From positions 139,840 to 203,839 of the forward strand of contig OY776510.1 in the NCBI GenBank assembly GCA_963675665.1: DNA of 64,000 nt. The letters are read 5' to 3'. Position 1 is the stretch's first letter. Every line of letters begins with the position of its first letter. Of the stretch, positions 37,636-46,935 are shown piece after piece. The position numbers and the translations under genes were made by a program. This DNA is from Spirochaetia bacterium. GTDB taxonomy: Bacteria > Spirochaetota > Spirochaetia > UBA9216. Below the pieces are notes generated by a model. That model searched no databases. It was not told where the DNA came from and worked only from the letters and a program-made list of their open reading frames with translations.

Positions 37636-39531
37636 TTACTGCTGACTTATATACTCCCCGACCCAGTCAAGATTTAAGGACATCAGGCGGGTTTTTGAAG
37701 GCTCACCTTTTTCTCCGACCCACCCCGCCATTTCGTAATACTGCTCTCTTGTTTCATTAAAATCGGCTTCATTAACGACCTTCCCTTCCGAAATACCATC
37801 CGCTAAAGGAGTCGACAGTTTAAGCGGTAATTTATCGTCATCCTTATCAAATCCTTCGCGGATATTGAATGCGCGCATCATCTGCAAACCGCGCTCTCCA
37901 ACCATCAGCATCTCGTAAAGATTTGTTTCCCACCCTGTCGCAAAGTTGATAGCGTCCACCAGTTCATCAAAGCTGTACGCTCCGCCGAAACCGAATATCA
38001 TAATGCATACCGATGCTGTATCAACCAGAGCGTATGCTCTTTGAGTCCGCCAGAACAATTTCGCTTTTTCGGAGTTAAGCTCATCAGGAGCTTCAATCCT
38101 GTCGAATCCAAAACTTTTCAGCCTATTCGACAGAGGATAGGTCCCAAGGCTCGGATCCATTTCCACTGAAACATGATCCGAGCCGAAAGATACCAATGCA
38201 TATGACAACCCTAAAACGGCTTTAGTCTGCGGCATATGCGCAGGAAACTCTTTCTTTTTAACCGTGATTAAAAGCTTACTGCTGTTATTTCCGAAAATTC
38301 CGGAAAGCCTCTCCGAGCCGAGAGCGATAAGCTTGCCGAATCCAGTTCCAGTACCAGTCATTTCAGCCAACCGGATTACTGATTCGGAATTACCGAAATG
38401 GCAGTCGAATCCTTCCGTATCTTCCGCAGTGATAATTCCCTTCTCAAAACATTCCATGATAAAGCCCATTGTTGCACCGAACGAGACTGTATCCATTGCA
38501 TACATGGCGCAAATCTCATTGATTTTACAGATAGCGAGCTTATCGGATATCCCGAGATTGGAACCGCACATTCCGATTGTTTCATATTCAGGTCCACCGT
38601 ACTTTGCATCTATCCGGTCGGTCTTGCTTTTGTCCACATGACGCTTGCAGCTTTGTGCACAGGCATAACACGTGCCCGGTTTGATTATTTCTTCATTCCA
38701 GGCTTCCGGCATCAGTTTATCAACATTTTCGAATGTTCCTGATGTCCAGTTTCTGGTCGGCAATCCCCCCAGGGCGGAATTTTCCACAACACAGCCTATT
38801 GTTCCGTTCTGTTTGAAACTCTGAAGACCGACGCTTTCACGTATTCTGTTAATTCCCTTCCGGGCAAAGATTTTCATACCTTCCGGATCAAAAAAATCCG
38901 GTTTCTGCGTTCCGCGAACGGCAATGGCTCTTAAATTCTTGGAACCCATCACCGCACCGAGCCCCCCCCTGCCGTTAAAATGCGCAAGTTCATTTACAAT
39001 ATTAGCGTATCTACACAATGTTTCGCCCGCGCAGCCTATTTGTGCTACTCTGATTTTTTGATCTTCATGATAATTTCTGATATGTGCTTGCGCTTCTCCT
39101 GTTGTTTTTCCCCATATTTCCGCTGCATCAAGCAGTGAATATTCTCCGTCACAGATCCACAGATACGAAGGAGTTTCCGCTTTTCCGGTCAGAACTATCG
39201 CATCAAAACCGGCTTTTTTCATCTCAGGCGCAAAGTAACCGCCGCCCTCACTTGTCGCAATCCCGCCGGTAAGCGGAGATTTGGCTGTTACGGAATGCCT
39301 GGAAGCACCGGAAATATTTGATCCTGTAAGCGGACCGACTGTAAAAGCAATAACATTGTCCGGCGATAATGGATCAACACCCTGTTCTGTTCCCTGCATT
39401 ACATAGTAAACACCCATACAGCTGCCGCCGACATACTTACGATAGAAATCTTCATTTGGTCTTTCTATTTCAAATTTCTGTTCAGTTAAATTAATATGCA
39501 GTATTTTACCGTTGTATCCTTTCATCCTCAC
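37636..39531 (-). CDS. Tungsten-type aldehyde:ferredoxin oxidoreductase (AOR family)
   Basis: 631 aa. The N-terminus MKGYNGKILHINLTEQKFEIERPNEDFYRKYVGGSCMG is typical of AOR. It carries multiple Cys for the 4Fe-4S cluster. Confidence 0.8.
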   Translation of the reverse strand: MRMKGYNGKILHINLTEQKFEIERPNEDFYRKYVGGSCMGVYYVMQGTEQGVDPLSPDNVIAFTVGPLTGSNISGASRHSVTAKSPLTGGIATSEGGGYFAPEMKKAGFDAIVLTGKAETPSYLWICDGEYSLLDAAEIWGKTTGEAQAHIRNYHEDQKIRVAQIGCAGETLCRYANIVNELAHFNGRGGLGAVMGSKNLRAIAVRGTQKPDFFDPEGMKIFARKGINRIRESVGLQSFKQNGTIGCVVENSALGGLPTRNWTSGTFENVDKLMPEAWNEEIIKPGTCYACAQSCKRHVDKSKTDRIDAKYGGPEYETIGMCGSNLGISDKLAICKINEICAMYAMDTVSFGATMGFIMECFEKGIITAEDTEGFDCHFGNSESVIRLAEMTGTGTGFGKLIALGSERLSGIFGNNSSKLLITVKKKEFPAHMPQTKAVLGLSYALVSFGSDHVSVEMDPSLGTYPLSNRLKSFGFDRIEAPDELNSEKAKLFWRTQRAYALVDTASVCIMIFGFGGAYSFDELVDAINFATGWETNLYEMLMVGERGLQMMRAFNIREGFDKDDDKLPLKLSTPLADGISEGKVVNEADFNETREQYYEMAGWVGEKGEPSKTRLMSLNLDWVGEYISQQ

Positions 39532-39546
39532 CTCAATTCTTTAGAA

Positions 39547-39807
39547 TCAGCCGCCTGATAAAAAAGGTATTATCATAAAAGAATCCCCTTCTTTTACCGT
39601 AATATCTTCCTTAATCGCTCTAGCCAAAGGAATCCCTCTGATCATCATGGTATACGGGGTCTCGATTCCGTAATTTGTATCCAAAAAACTCGAAACATAT
39701 TGTGAAGCATTTCTGATTTCATCATCAACATAAAGCGTTTCGAATTTTACACCTGTTATATTTTTATATTCACCAATATATTCAATCGTGATTTTGACAC
39801 CTTTCAT
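39547..39807 (-). CDS. MoaD/ThiS-like small sulfur-carrier-fold protein (C-terminal GG)
   Basis: 86 aa ending ...PFLSGG. It is the first gene of the AOR-GRE2 operon. Confidence 0.55.
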   Translation of the reverse strand: MKGVKITIEYIGEYKNITGVKFETLYVDDEIRNASQYVSSFLDTNYGIETPYTMMIRGIPLARAIKEDITVKEGDSFMIIPFLSGG

Positions 39808-40111
39808 ATGGCCTTTGTATGAAATTCCTTTTATATCAATAATCTGCTTTGTATTATATTTCAGAATTATATATAAGTAAAATGCATATTTTTTATAATA
39901 TATATAATTATTATTTATATATCAGGATATATAAAACAATAATCAATTTCAAATTTGCAAACAGAATTTTATCATGTGCATACATTGATACTGCTAACAA
40001 AGCCCAACTATGGAAGAAGTTAATAGTAGTATTCATATTGAAGTGTTTTCAATAAAAATCAGTAACACTAAAAAAATTACAGCATGACACCGGGCCCCGA
40101 AAATAAATAAC
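39808..40111 (-). promoter_or_regulatory. About 300-bp strongly AT-rich promoter/regulatory region upstream of the moaD-like/AOR/GRE2 operon
   Basis: It is about 80% AT against roughly 50% for the window and is full of TATA-like repeats. I would not call a specific -10/-35. Confidence 0.4.
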
Positions 40112-41242
40112 TTAGTAACTTCCCCTGTCGGCGCTGTAGGCATCTTTCTTCAGCTCTTTCGCCTCGTCTTTGTGCAGTGTAAACCCGTCCCCCTGGTAAC
40201 AGGCTTTGTAGGCGGCGATTGCCTCCTGACGGCGGCCGGTAATATCAAGCAATTTGCCCATCTCAAGGTTGATTTCCGAAGCAGTATAACCGCTTATTTC
40301 ATCAAAACTCAGCGACTCCCGGTAAAGCTCCACCGCACTGTTATAATCTCCCAGGGCATTACACAGGTTGCCCGTCATCTGGATATACCTTGGAAGCCAC
40401 TTGCCGGCAAGCTCTCCGCTACCCGGAGCCGTCTCATAAAAGGACAGCAGTTTTTCAGCTTCGGAAAGCCTGCCGGTGCGCAGCAGAAGATCGATATAAA
40501 AAAAGCGTACAGACAGGTTTCCCGGGAACTCCCCTAAAAACGACTCCGCAGTCCTGATGGCGGAATCGTAATCTTTTTCTATGTAGATACAGGAACTGAT
40601 ATACATCAGATTTGCCTCGTACCGGGTCAAACCGCCTTCTTTTGCCGCCCGTGCAATACCGGCAAGGCCTTCCGCCTGATCAGGTGAAAAATTGAGCCCC
40701 TTGAGCAGGGGTTTCAGATAATCCGGGGCCAGTGAAGTTGTGTAATCCTGTTCGCCCAGAATAAAATACATTTCGGGCGGAAAATTCCCCCTCTCCAGGA
40801 GTTCCACTGAAAGTTTTCGGGCCTCCACAGCAGAGGCTGCAGTATGTATCCATCGCTCACTGAGAGCATAACTCTTCATGCGGTAATAACAGAGAAAACA
40901 GGCGGCAAACGTCCCGTCAACGCCGCCGGAGTTATCCGTTTCATCGACTTTGTCTTCGGCAGTCTTCAGATCGCTGAAGATTCTGTTGAAATTTTCATCT
41001 CCGGGATCCTGCTTGACTTTCAGAAAATCATAGACAACCTGTCCGAGATCTCCCCACACATCCGCCGGATTCTCACTTCTATACTCCGCCAGAACCTCTT
41101 CAGCCTGATCAAACTTAAGATTGTAAGCCAGCTGAATAGCGTCATCGACCCGAATCGGCGCGGAAAAGGCCGATATACCCGTCAAAACCATAAAAAGAGA
41201 CAGTAACAGCCCTGTATTTTTTTTTATTTTGTGGAATTCCAT
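40112..41242 (-). CDS. Secreted TPR-repeat protein
   Basis: It has a signal peptide (LLLSLFMVLTGISAFSAP). Alternating Ala/Tyr/Leu-rich helix pairs are consistent with TPR-like repeats. Confidence 0.5.
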   Translation of the reverse strand: MEFHKIKKNTGLLLSLFMVLTGISAFSAPIRVDDAIQLAYNLKFDQAEEVLAEYRSENPADVWGDLGQVVYDFLKVKQDPGDENFNRIFSDLKTAEDKVDETDNSGGVDGTFAACFLCYYRMKSYALSERWIHTAASAVEARKLSVELLERGNFPPEMYFILGEQDYTTSLAPDYLKPLLKGLNFSPDQAEGLAGIARAAKEGGLTRYEANLMYISSCIYIEKDYDSAIRTAESFLGEFPGNLSVRFFYIDLLLRTGRLSEAEKLLSFYETAPGSGELAGKWLPRYIQMTGNLCNALGDYNSAVELYRESLSFDEISGYTASEINLEMGKLLDITGRRQEAIAAYKACYQGDGFTLHKDEAKELKKDAYSADRGSY

Positions 41243-41340
41243 TATTAGAATTATAATGACAGGAATAAGTACCTGTAAATGATTTTCTTCTTTGCCTTAT
41301 ACTTGAACTATGGGAACATTTAAAAGCTGAAGGATGAGAA

Positions 41341-44300
41341 ATGGAAAAAATGATGGAAAGTCACGGCCCCTTTTATGTCGGCTTCGATGTAGGCTCTGAT
41401 ACAATTCATACGGCAGTGGTTGACTCGCAGGGCCGCCTGGTCTGGAGCCCCGACTCTCTAATGCACTTCGGTAACCCTGTGGACGCACTGAAAGAAGCAT
41501 ACGAGGGAATTCAAGAATATTTTGAAAAAGACAGCATTGCATCATATTCGTTTACCGGCACGGCCGGGAAGCTGATTGCAGAGGTTTCAGAATCTCCCTT
41601 TTATTATGATACCATAGCCATCTCGGAGGGCGCCCGCGTTATAGCTCCCGAGTCGGAATACATCATCCATGTCGGGTCAAAGGACCCGTATTTTTTTGAA
41701 AGGGAAACCGATACGGTGATCACCGGCAAATCCTTCATATCGGACCATGGAACAGGAACCAAATGCGGCGGCGGCAGCGGCATTCTGATAAACAAACAGG
41801 TCCGCAGGTTCTTTGCAGAAGATTGTCCCGTGGAACTGGAAGACCCGCAGGCTCAGGGCAGCGATGGCGCAGCGTACCAGGCCAGGATGCGAAACAGGCG
41901 CAAGCTGCAGAAGCAGGTGGAAGAAATTCACGAAAAAGCCATTGAGACCATTAATGCCTCCAACAAGGATCTTGATGTGGGCGGACGCTGCGGCGTTATC
42001 ATTCAGTCCGATATGATACACATGCAGAATTCCGGCGAACAGATAAAAAATATCCTGAAAGGGATGTATGTACGTATAGCACGCAACTACCGAAGCGACG
42101 TTCTCGGCACGCGCACAATAGATCCGTCAAAACGGGCGGTAGCTACAGGAGGAATATTCCTTAACGGCAACCTCGCCGAGATGTTCAGCAGCGAACTAGG
42201 CATCAATCTGGAACGGCCCGACGAGCTTGAAAAGATAGGGGCAGCAGGAGCAGCCTTAAAAGCGCTTGATGATAAAAAGGAATCCGGTTTCACCATTGAA
42301 TCCCTGGACAAACTAATCGAAGCCCAGATGCGTGAAATAAAATTCGCCCCCGCCCTGAAATCAGTCCTTCATAAAGTTAAAAGTTATGATGAAGAAGATG
42401 CGGTATTCAAGTCATCCGGGGGGCTTGTAATTTTCAAGGAGCTTTCCGGAACCACAGAGGTCGTAATCGGTATTGACGGCGGGTCAACCACAACCAAAGC
42501 CCTGATAGCCGGAGCGGATGACCTGGACATTATTGCCGAAATCTGTCTTGACACCGACGGAAAGCCCCTTGAAACGGCCCAGCGGCTTTTCGCAGAAATT
42601 CGCACTTATCTGGGGAAAAAAATAAATATTCGGGGAATAGCCTATACCGGATCTTCCGGGCAGTTTTACCACCGCCTTTTTACCGACTTTTCCCTGCCGG
42701 CGGCAGACTGTGAAACCGATATTGTAAAAGACGAAATCACCTGCCATGCACAGGGCGTCAGGCACTTCAACGACAAGGTTGATACAATATTCGAGTGCGG
42801 CGGACAGGATGCAAAATTTACCGTATTCAACAAAGACGGCACGGTAAAAAAAGCCAAAATGAACCTGTCATGCATGGCAGGAACCGGGCAATCGATGAAG
42901 AACATGCTGGACATGCTCGGATATGACTTTAAAACATTCAAAGAGTACGCCCTTGCTGCAGAAAGAACTCCAATTACGGATGAAATGTGCGCCATATTCA
43001 CCGAAGCAGGGGTACTGAAACTTCTGGCATTGAACTTTCCAAAAGAAGAGATTGCCGCCGCCATAGCCCACGGCTTCATGGGCGGTTACGCAAATAAATT
43101 TGTCGGCAGCGAAACCTTCGGAGAATTTGCGTCAGCACAGGGCGGGCCCTTTAAGGGCCTGGACTGCCTGGCGGCGCTGGCGCTTCATACAGGAATTGAA
43201 ATCCACGCCTTTCCCCACCGGCAGCTTTTCGGCGCCATGGGCGCGGCCATAGTTGTCTATAATGAGATCAGACAGGCGGCCGCCGACGGGAAGAAAGCCG
43301 GTTCCAGGTTCCGCGGACTCGACCTGGCCGATGCTGCTTTTGAGAAGCGGGTTGAGAACTGTTCATCAATGATTGAAGATTCCTGCGGAACCCGCGACTG
43401 CAAGCTTCAGGTTTACAAAATCGGCGATGACGAGATTTTTTCCGGCGGGCTCTGCCCCAAGGGAAATACCGAATCTTCAACCAGGCGGAGCCCCGATTAC
43501 GTCAACCTCTACAAGAAGTTAATGAACCGTGAGCTTGAAAAATACTCGACAAGCCCCGATAACATCCTTGAAAGCGACGGAACACGTATTCTGATTCCCA
43601 GAACCCTGCACTTCCTTAACCAGCGGGGAATCTTTTTCACCTCTCTTTTTAAAGAACTTGGATTCAAAGTTATAGTCAGCCCCGAATCTAACGATGAAAT
43701 AGCCAACCTCGGGCTGGCGACATCTCATTCCGAGGCATGCTTTCCGTCAAAACTGCAGCACGGGCATGTAGCCTATCTTAAAAATTTCCTCCGACCGGGA
43801 ATCGATAAAATGTTTCTGGTTAACTACCTCGGACAGGGAGAGAAGGGCGCCCCGCAGGACCAGTCAAAGACCTGCCCCTTCATCTCGGGAGCCGGATATT
43901 CCGCAAAAGAAGCTATAAAAATAGCTACCGAAGATGCGCTGCTGCCTTTGATTCTCTTCGATGATCCTATCTACAAGCTTGAGGAAGACATCTGGCAGGA
44001 TTTCAAGCGGGCGTTCCGCAACACCCCGACACCGGGAAAAATAACGAAAAAGATAGTAAAAAAGGCTGTTATAAAGGCCATGAACAACCAGAACAGCTTT
44101 AACCGATCCGTATGGGACCAGGGGGCAAAAATAGTCGAGGGACTCAAAGCAAAGGGCCATAAAATATTTATAGGAATCGGCCGCGGTTATACCCTTTTCG
44201 ACGACAAGGCGAACTCAAAGGTCCATGAGCTGTTCGTTTCAAACGGCCTGCATTTCATTCCCGCCTTTTTTCTTGAACAGCCGGATATTGATTTTTCGGA

Positions 44301-45891
44301 TATCGTTCATCATATGTACTGGTTCCAGGGAAGGGAAATGACACGTTATAACCTGATGGTGGCCCTGGATCCCCAGCTTTACGGCGTCCGGGAAACCAAT
44401 TTCAACTGCGGTCCCGACGCAATGCTCAGTTACCATGAAACGGAAATATTCAACCGTGCCGACAAGCCGTATCTTACCCTGCAGACCGACGGCCATAATT
44501 CCAATGCCCAGTTCGGCACCCGCACCATGGCCAACTGGGAGGTTGTAAAAAACCATTGCCCCGGAAACGTCACGCTTGAAGATCTTAAAACAGCCGGTTC
44601 CGGCGAAGGAGAACTGCTCAAAAGAGTAATGGGCGTTCCGAATATGGGGCTCCAGAGTTCACAGGCCCTGGCGGCTGTCTTCCGTTCGGTCGGCGTGGAA
44701 TCAGAAGTCATGCCCACAAAAAATACCGAGACCGAATATTACAGCCGGAAATACCTGATCACCAACAACTGCCTGCCCATGCATATCCTGTTCGGGGACT
44801 GTATGGCCTGGATTCACAACAAGGTAAAAGAAGGCTATGATGCCAATAAGGACCTGGCCCTGTTTATTCCGATGGCAGGAGGCCCCTGCAGACTGGGCCA
44901 GTACCATATTATTACAAGGTATTTCCTGGACCAGAACGGTTATGGCGGGGTGCTGATTGTTAACCCGGCAGCCTACCTTGACTGGGAAAACATCCCGGTC
45001 CCGGCAAAAGAGAGAGGGATGATCCGGAAAGGTCTTGCAAAAGCAACTATAGCCAACGACATTCTCTACAATGCAAGGCTTCGCACCCGCCCATACGAGC
45101 TTAACCCCGGCGAGACCGACCGGGTAATGGATGAAATCGGCAGAGAGTTTATCGGTATAGTCAGCAACGGAAGTGATTTTGCAGACATGAAGGCCCTGAT
45201 GAACAAGGCTGCCGGGGCCGTTCAGAGAATCCCCGTAAGCAATGAGCGTTATCCGAAGGTAGGTATGTTCGGCGAAATCTTTGTCCGTTCCCACGACGGT
45301 TCAAACGAGGAATCTATCCGCAAACTTGAATCTCACAAACTTGAAGTGGCGCCCAGGCTTACCGCCGACATGCTTGAGTATAACAACAAAATGCAGCGGG
45401 CCGCATATATCAAGGAACGCAGGTTCGGTCACTGGTTTGTCTCCTACATAAAAGGCGTGTACATGCATAACGCGGAAACGGCATTCATGAAACCCTTTGA
45501 AGAGTACCTGGCGGACCGCAAACAGAAACGCCCCATTGAGATATACGACCTTTTAAGGAAATTCAATATTTTCGATATCAGGATCAAGGGAGAAGCCGGA
45601 ATATCAATAGGAACATCCTATATGTTTATGACGGACAATCCTGAAGATCTCTGCGGGGTTTATCATCTTGAGCCCTTCGGCTGTATGCAGGAATGTGTCG
45701 CCACATCCAAGATTCAAAGCCTGATAGACGTTCAGCGCGGAAAGGAAACAGATGTTTCACGGAAGGTAATCCCGTACCTGGTCGGAGTTTTCGGCGATTC
45801 GGAATTGCCCAACCTGGAAGCGGAAATGGCCATGTTTGCCGAGAAATGCTACGCCAGGCGGGAACTGATTCAGTCAAGGAGGGGAGAATGA
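41341..45891 (+). CDS. Giant fusion protein: two BadF/BadG/BcrA/BcrD-type (HgdC-like activase) ATPase domains + DUF2229-like + 2-hydroxyacyl-CoA dehydratase D-component (HgdB)-like domain
   Basis: 1516 aa. The second ATPase domain has VVIGIDGGSTTTKALI (phosphate-1), ITCHAQGV (cluster Cys) and FECGGQDAKF. The first ATPase domain (FYVGFDVGSDTIHTAVV...) lacks the Cys. The C-terminal third is HgdB-like with conserved Cys (CPKGNTE, GGPCRLGQY). AAGGA lies 6 nt before the ATG. Confidence 0.7.
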   Translation: MEKMMESHGPFYVGFDVGSDTIHTAVVDSQGRLVWSPDSLMHFGNPVDALKEAYEGIQEYFEKDSIASYSFTGTAGKLIAEVSESPFYYDTIAISEGARVIAPESEYIIHVGSKDPYFFERETDTVITGKSFISDHGTGTKCGGGSGILINKQVRRFFAEDCPVELEDPQAQGSDGAAYQARMRNRRKLQKQVEEIHEKAIETINASNKDLDVGGRCGVIIQSDMIHMQNSGEQIKNILKGMYVRIARNYRSDVLGTRTIDPSKRAVATGGIFLNGNLAEMFSSELGINLERPDELEKIGAAGAALKALDDKKESGFTIESLDKLIEAQMREIKFAPALKSVLHKVKSYDEEDAVFKSSGGLVIFKELSGTTEVVIGIDGGSTTTKALIAGADDLDIIAEICLDTDGKPLETAQRLFAEIRTYLGKKINIRGIAYTGSSGQFYHRLFTDFSLPAADCETDIVKDEITCHAQGVRHFNDKVDTIFECGGQDAKFTVFNKDGTVKKAKMNLSCMAGTGQSMKNMLDMLGYDFKTFKEYALAAERTPITDEMCAIFTEAGVLKLLALNFPKEEIAAAIAHGFMGGYANKFVGSETFGEFASAQGGPFKGLDCLAALALHTGIEIHAFPHRQLFGAMGAAIVVYNEIRQAAADGKKAGSRFRGLDLADAAFEKRVENCSSMIEDSCGTRDCKLQVYKIGDDEIFSGGLCPKGNTESSTRRSPDYVNLYKKLMNRELEKYSTSPDNILESDGTRILIPRTLHFLNQRGIFFTSLFKELGFKVIVSPESNDEIANLGLATSHSEACFPSKLQHGHVAYLKNFLRPGIDKMFLVNYLGQGEKGAPQDQSKTCPFISGAGYSAKEAIKIATEDALLPLILFDDPIYKLEEDIWQDFKRAFRNTPTPGKITKKIVKKAVIKAMNNQNSFNRSVWDQGAKIVEGLKAKGHKIFIGIGRGYTLFDDKANSKVHELFVSNGLHFIPAFFLEQPDIDFSDIVHHMYWFQGREMTRYNLMVALDPQLYGVRETNFNCGPDAMLSYHETEIFNRADKPYLTLQTDGHNSNAQFGTRTMANWEVVKNHCPGNVTLEDLKTAGSGEGELLKRVMGVPNMGLQSSQALAAVFRSVGVESEVMPTKNTETEYYSRKYLITNNCLPMHILFGDCMAWIHNKVKEGYDANKDLALFIPMAGGPCRLGQYHIITRYFLDQNGYGGVLIVNPAAYLDWENIPVPAKERGMIRKGLAKATIANDILYNARLRTRPYELNPGETDRVMDEIGREFIGIVSNGSDFADMKALMNKAAGAVQRIPVSNERYPKVGMFGEIFVRSHDGSNEESIRKLESHKLEVAPRLTADMLEYNNKMQRAAYIKERRFGHWFVSYIKGVYMHNAETAFMKPFEEYLADRKQKRPIEIYDLLRKFNIFDIRIKGEAGISIGTSYMFMTDNPEDLCGVYHLEPFGCMQECVATSKIQSLIDVQRGKETDVSRKVIPYLVGVFGDSELPNLEAEMAMFAEKCYARRELIQSRRGE

Positions 45892-46232
45892 GTCTGAAAG
45901 GAGCGCTTTTACTGCTTGCTACGGTTTCCTTCACAGTCACCGGGCAAATTCTGATGAAGAAAGGAGTAACCGCCGCAGGCAATCTTACAGCAAAAACAGC
46001 CCTTGCGTCCCCGTTTATGATCATAGGCATATTATGCTATATTTCCGGGTTTCTGGTCTGGATTAATGTTCTCAGCATACTGCCGCTTTCGATAGCCTAC
46101 CCGTCCTCCAGTATTTCGTACGTGCTTGTTATCTTTGCATCTGCAATTGTGCTGGGAGAACCGTTGAATATCTTTAAGGCAATCGGCATAGCTTTTATTC
46201 TTGCAGGGGTTTTCTTTATAAGCCGCAGCTGA
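45888..46232 (+). CDS. Small 4-TM DMT-superfamily (EamA/ArnE-like) membrane protein, translationally coupled to the giant ATPase/HgdB fusion
   Basis: Its ATG overlaps the TGA of the giant gene, and AGGAGG sits 6 nt upstream. The 114 aa have 4 hydrophobic helices and no TM1 Glu, so it is not EmrE-like. The longer 45693 start is a spurious upstream extension. Confidence 0.6.
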   Translation: MSLKGALLLLATVSFTVTGQILMKKGVTAAGNLTAKTALASPFMIIGILCYISGFLVWINVLSILPLSIAYPSSSISYVLVIFASAIVLGEPLNIFKAIGIAFILAGVFFISRS

Positions 46233-46247
46233 ACCGGACTTCGGGAC

Positions 46248-46850
46248 TCAGCTCTTCCTTCCGGTGAGCCTCGAAAACAGCGACTGCCGCTTTCCCCCTT
46301 CGGAAGCTCCGCTTTTCCCGGAAAGTTCCGAATCGGAAGATATGGCTGAAGATGTGTCCCTGTCGCCTTCTGCGGGAAGCGTGTTATCCGCCCAACCGGT
46401 GCCTACCGCAGGCACAATTCGCCTGATGAAGGGCACTGTTCCGTCAAGGCTTCTTCCCGCCTCCTGCTCACATTCCTGAAGCACTATATGCCAGGCAGGA
46501 GCAAACCCCGGGGCTCTTACCGACATTTTTTCTATTGCCGACTGGTAAACCTGAAGCTGAAGCTTCTCTCTTCTGCCCGGTTTCGCCGAAAGGTTCTGCA
46601 GCGATGTCTTAAGGTTCGAGTTCCTGTTTTTCAGGTCGTCCATTTCTTTCTTCATACCGTTGATTGACGCAGCCTCCAGGTCAATACGGTTGACAAGACT
46701 GTTTCGAAGTTCACGAACTTCTCGCTTATTCCTGGATTTAAGCACCAGGATTCTGATCCCGAAAATAAGCCATGCTATTAAAAACCCGGCTGCAAAAGCA
46801 TATACTACATTCTGATCAACCGGTCCGATTTCAAATACTGGTACTGCCAC
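46248..46850 (-). CDS. Single-pass membrane protein with coiled-coil (LapA-like topology), unknown function
   Basis: It has an N-terminal TM (VVYAFAAGFLIAWLIFGI) followed by a Lys/Arg/Glu-rich coiled coil. Confidence 0.4.
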   Translation of the reverse strand: MAVPVFEIGPVDQNVVYAFAAGFLIAWLIFGIRILVLKSRNKREVRELRNSLVNRIDLEAASINGMKKEMDDLKNRNSNLKTSLQNLSAKPGRREKLQLQVYQSAIEKMSVRAPGFAPAWHIVLQECEQEAGRSLDGTVPFIRRIVPAVGTGWADNTLPAEGDRDTSSAISSDSELSGKSGASEGGKRQSLFSRLTGRKS

Positions 46851-46935
46851 CCATCGCTCTCCTTTAATAAAAATATATCATTTAAAACAGATTTATCACA
46901 GTAGATCAAAAACGGTAAAAGAGCTGACCCGACAA

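Noticed and set aside
39849-40055. 68-aa ORF in the AT-rich island
   Set aside because: It is low-complexity Tyr/Ile/Asn-rich translation of AT-rich DNA with no SD, so it is almost certainly non-coding.
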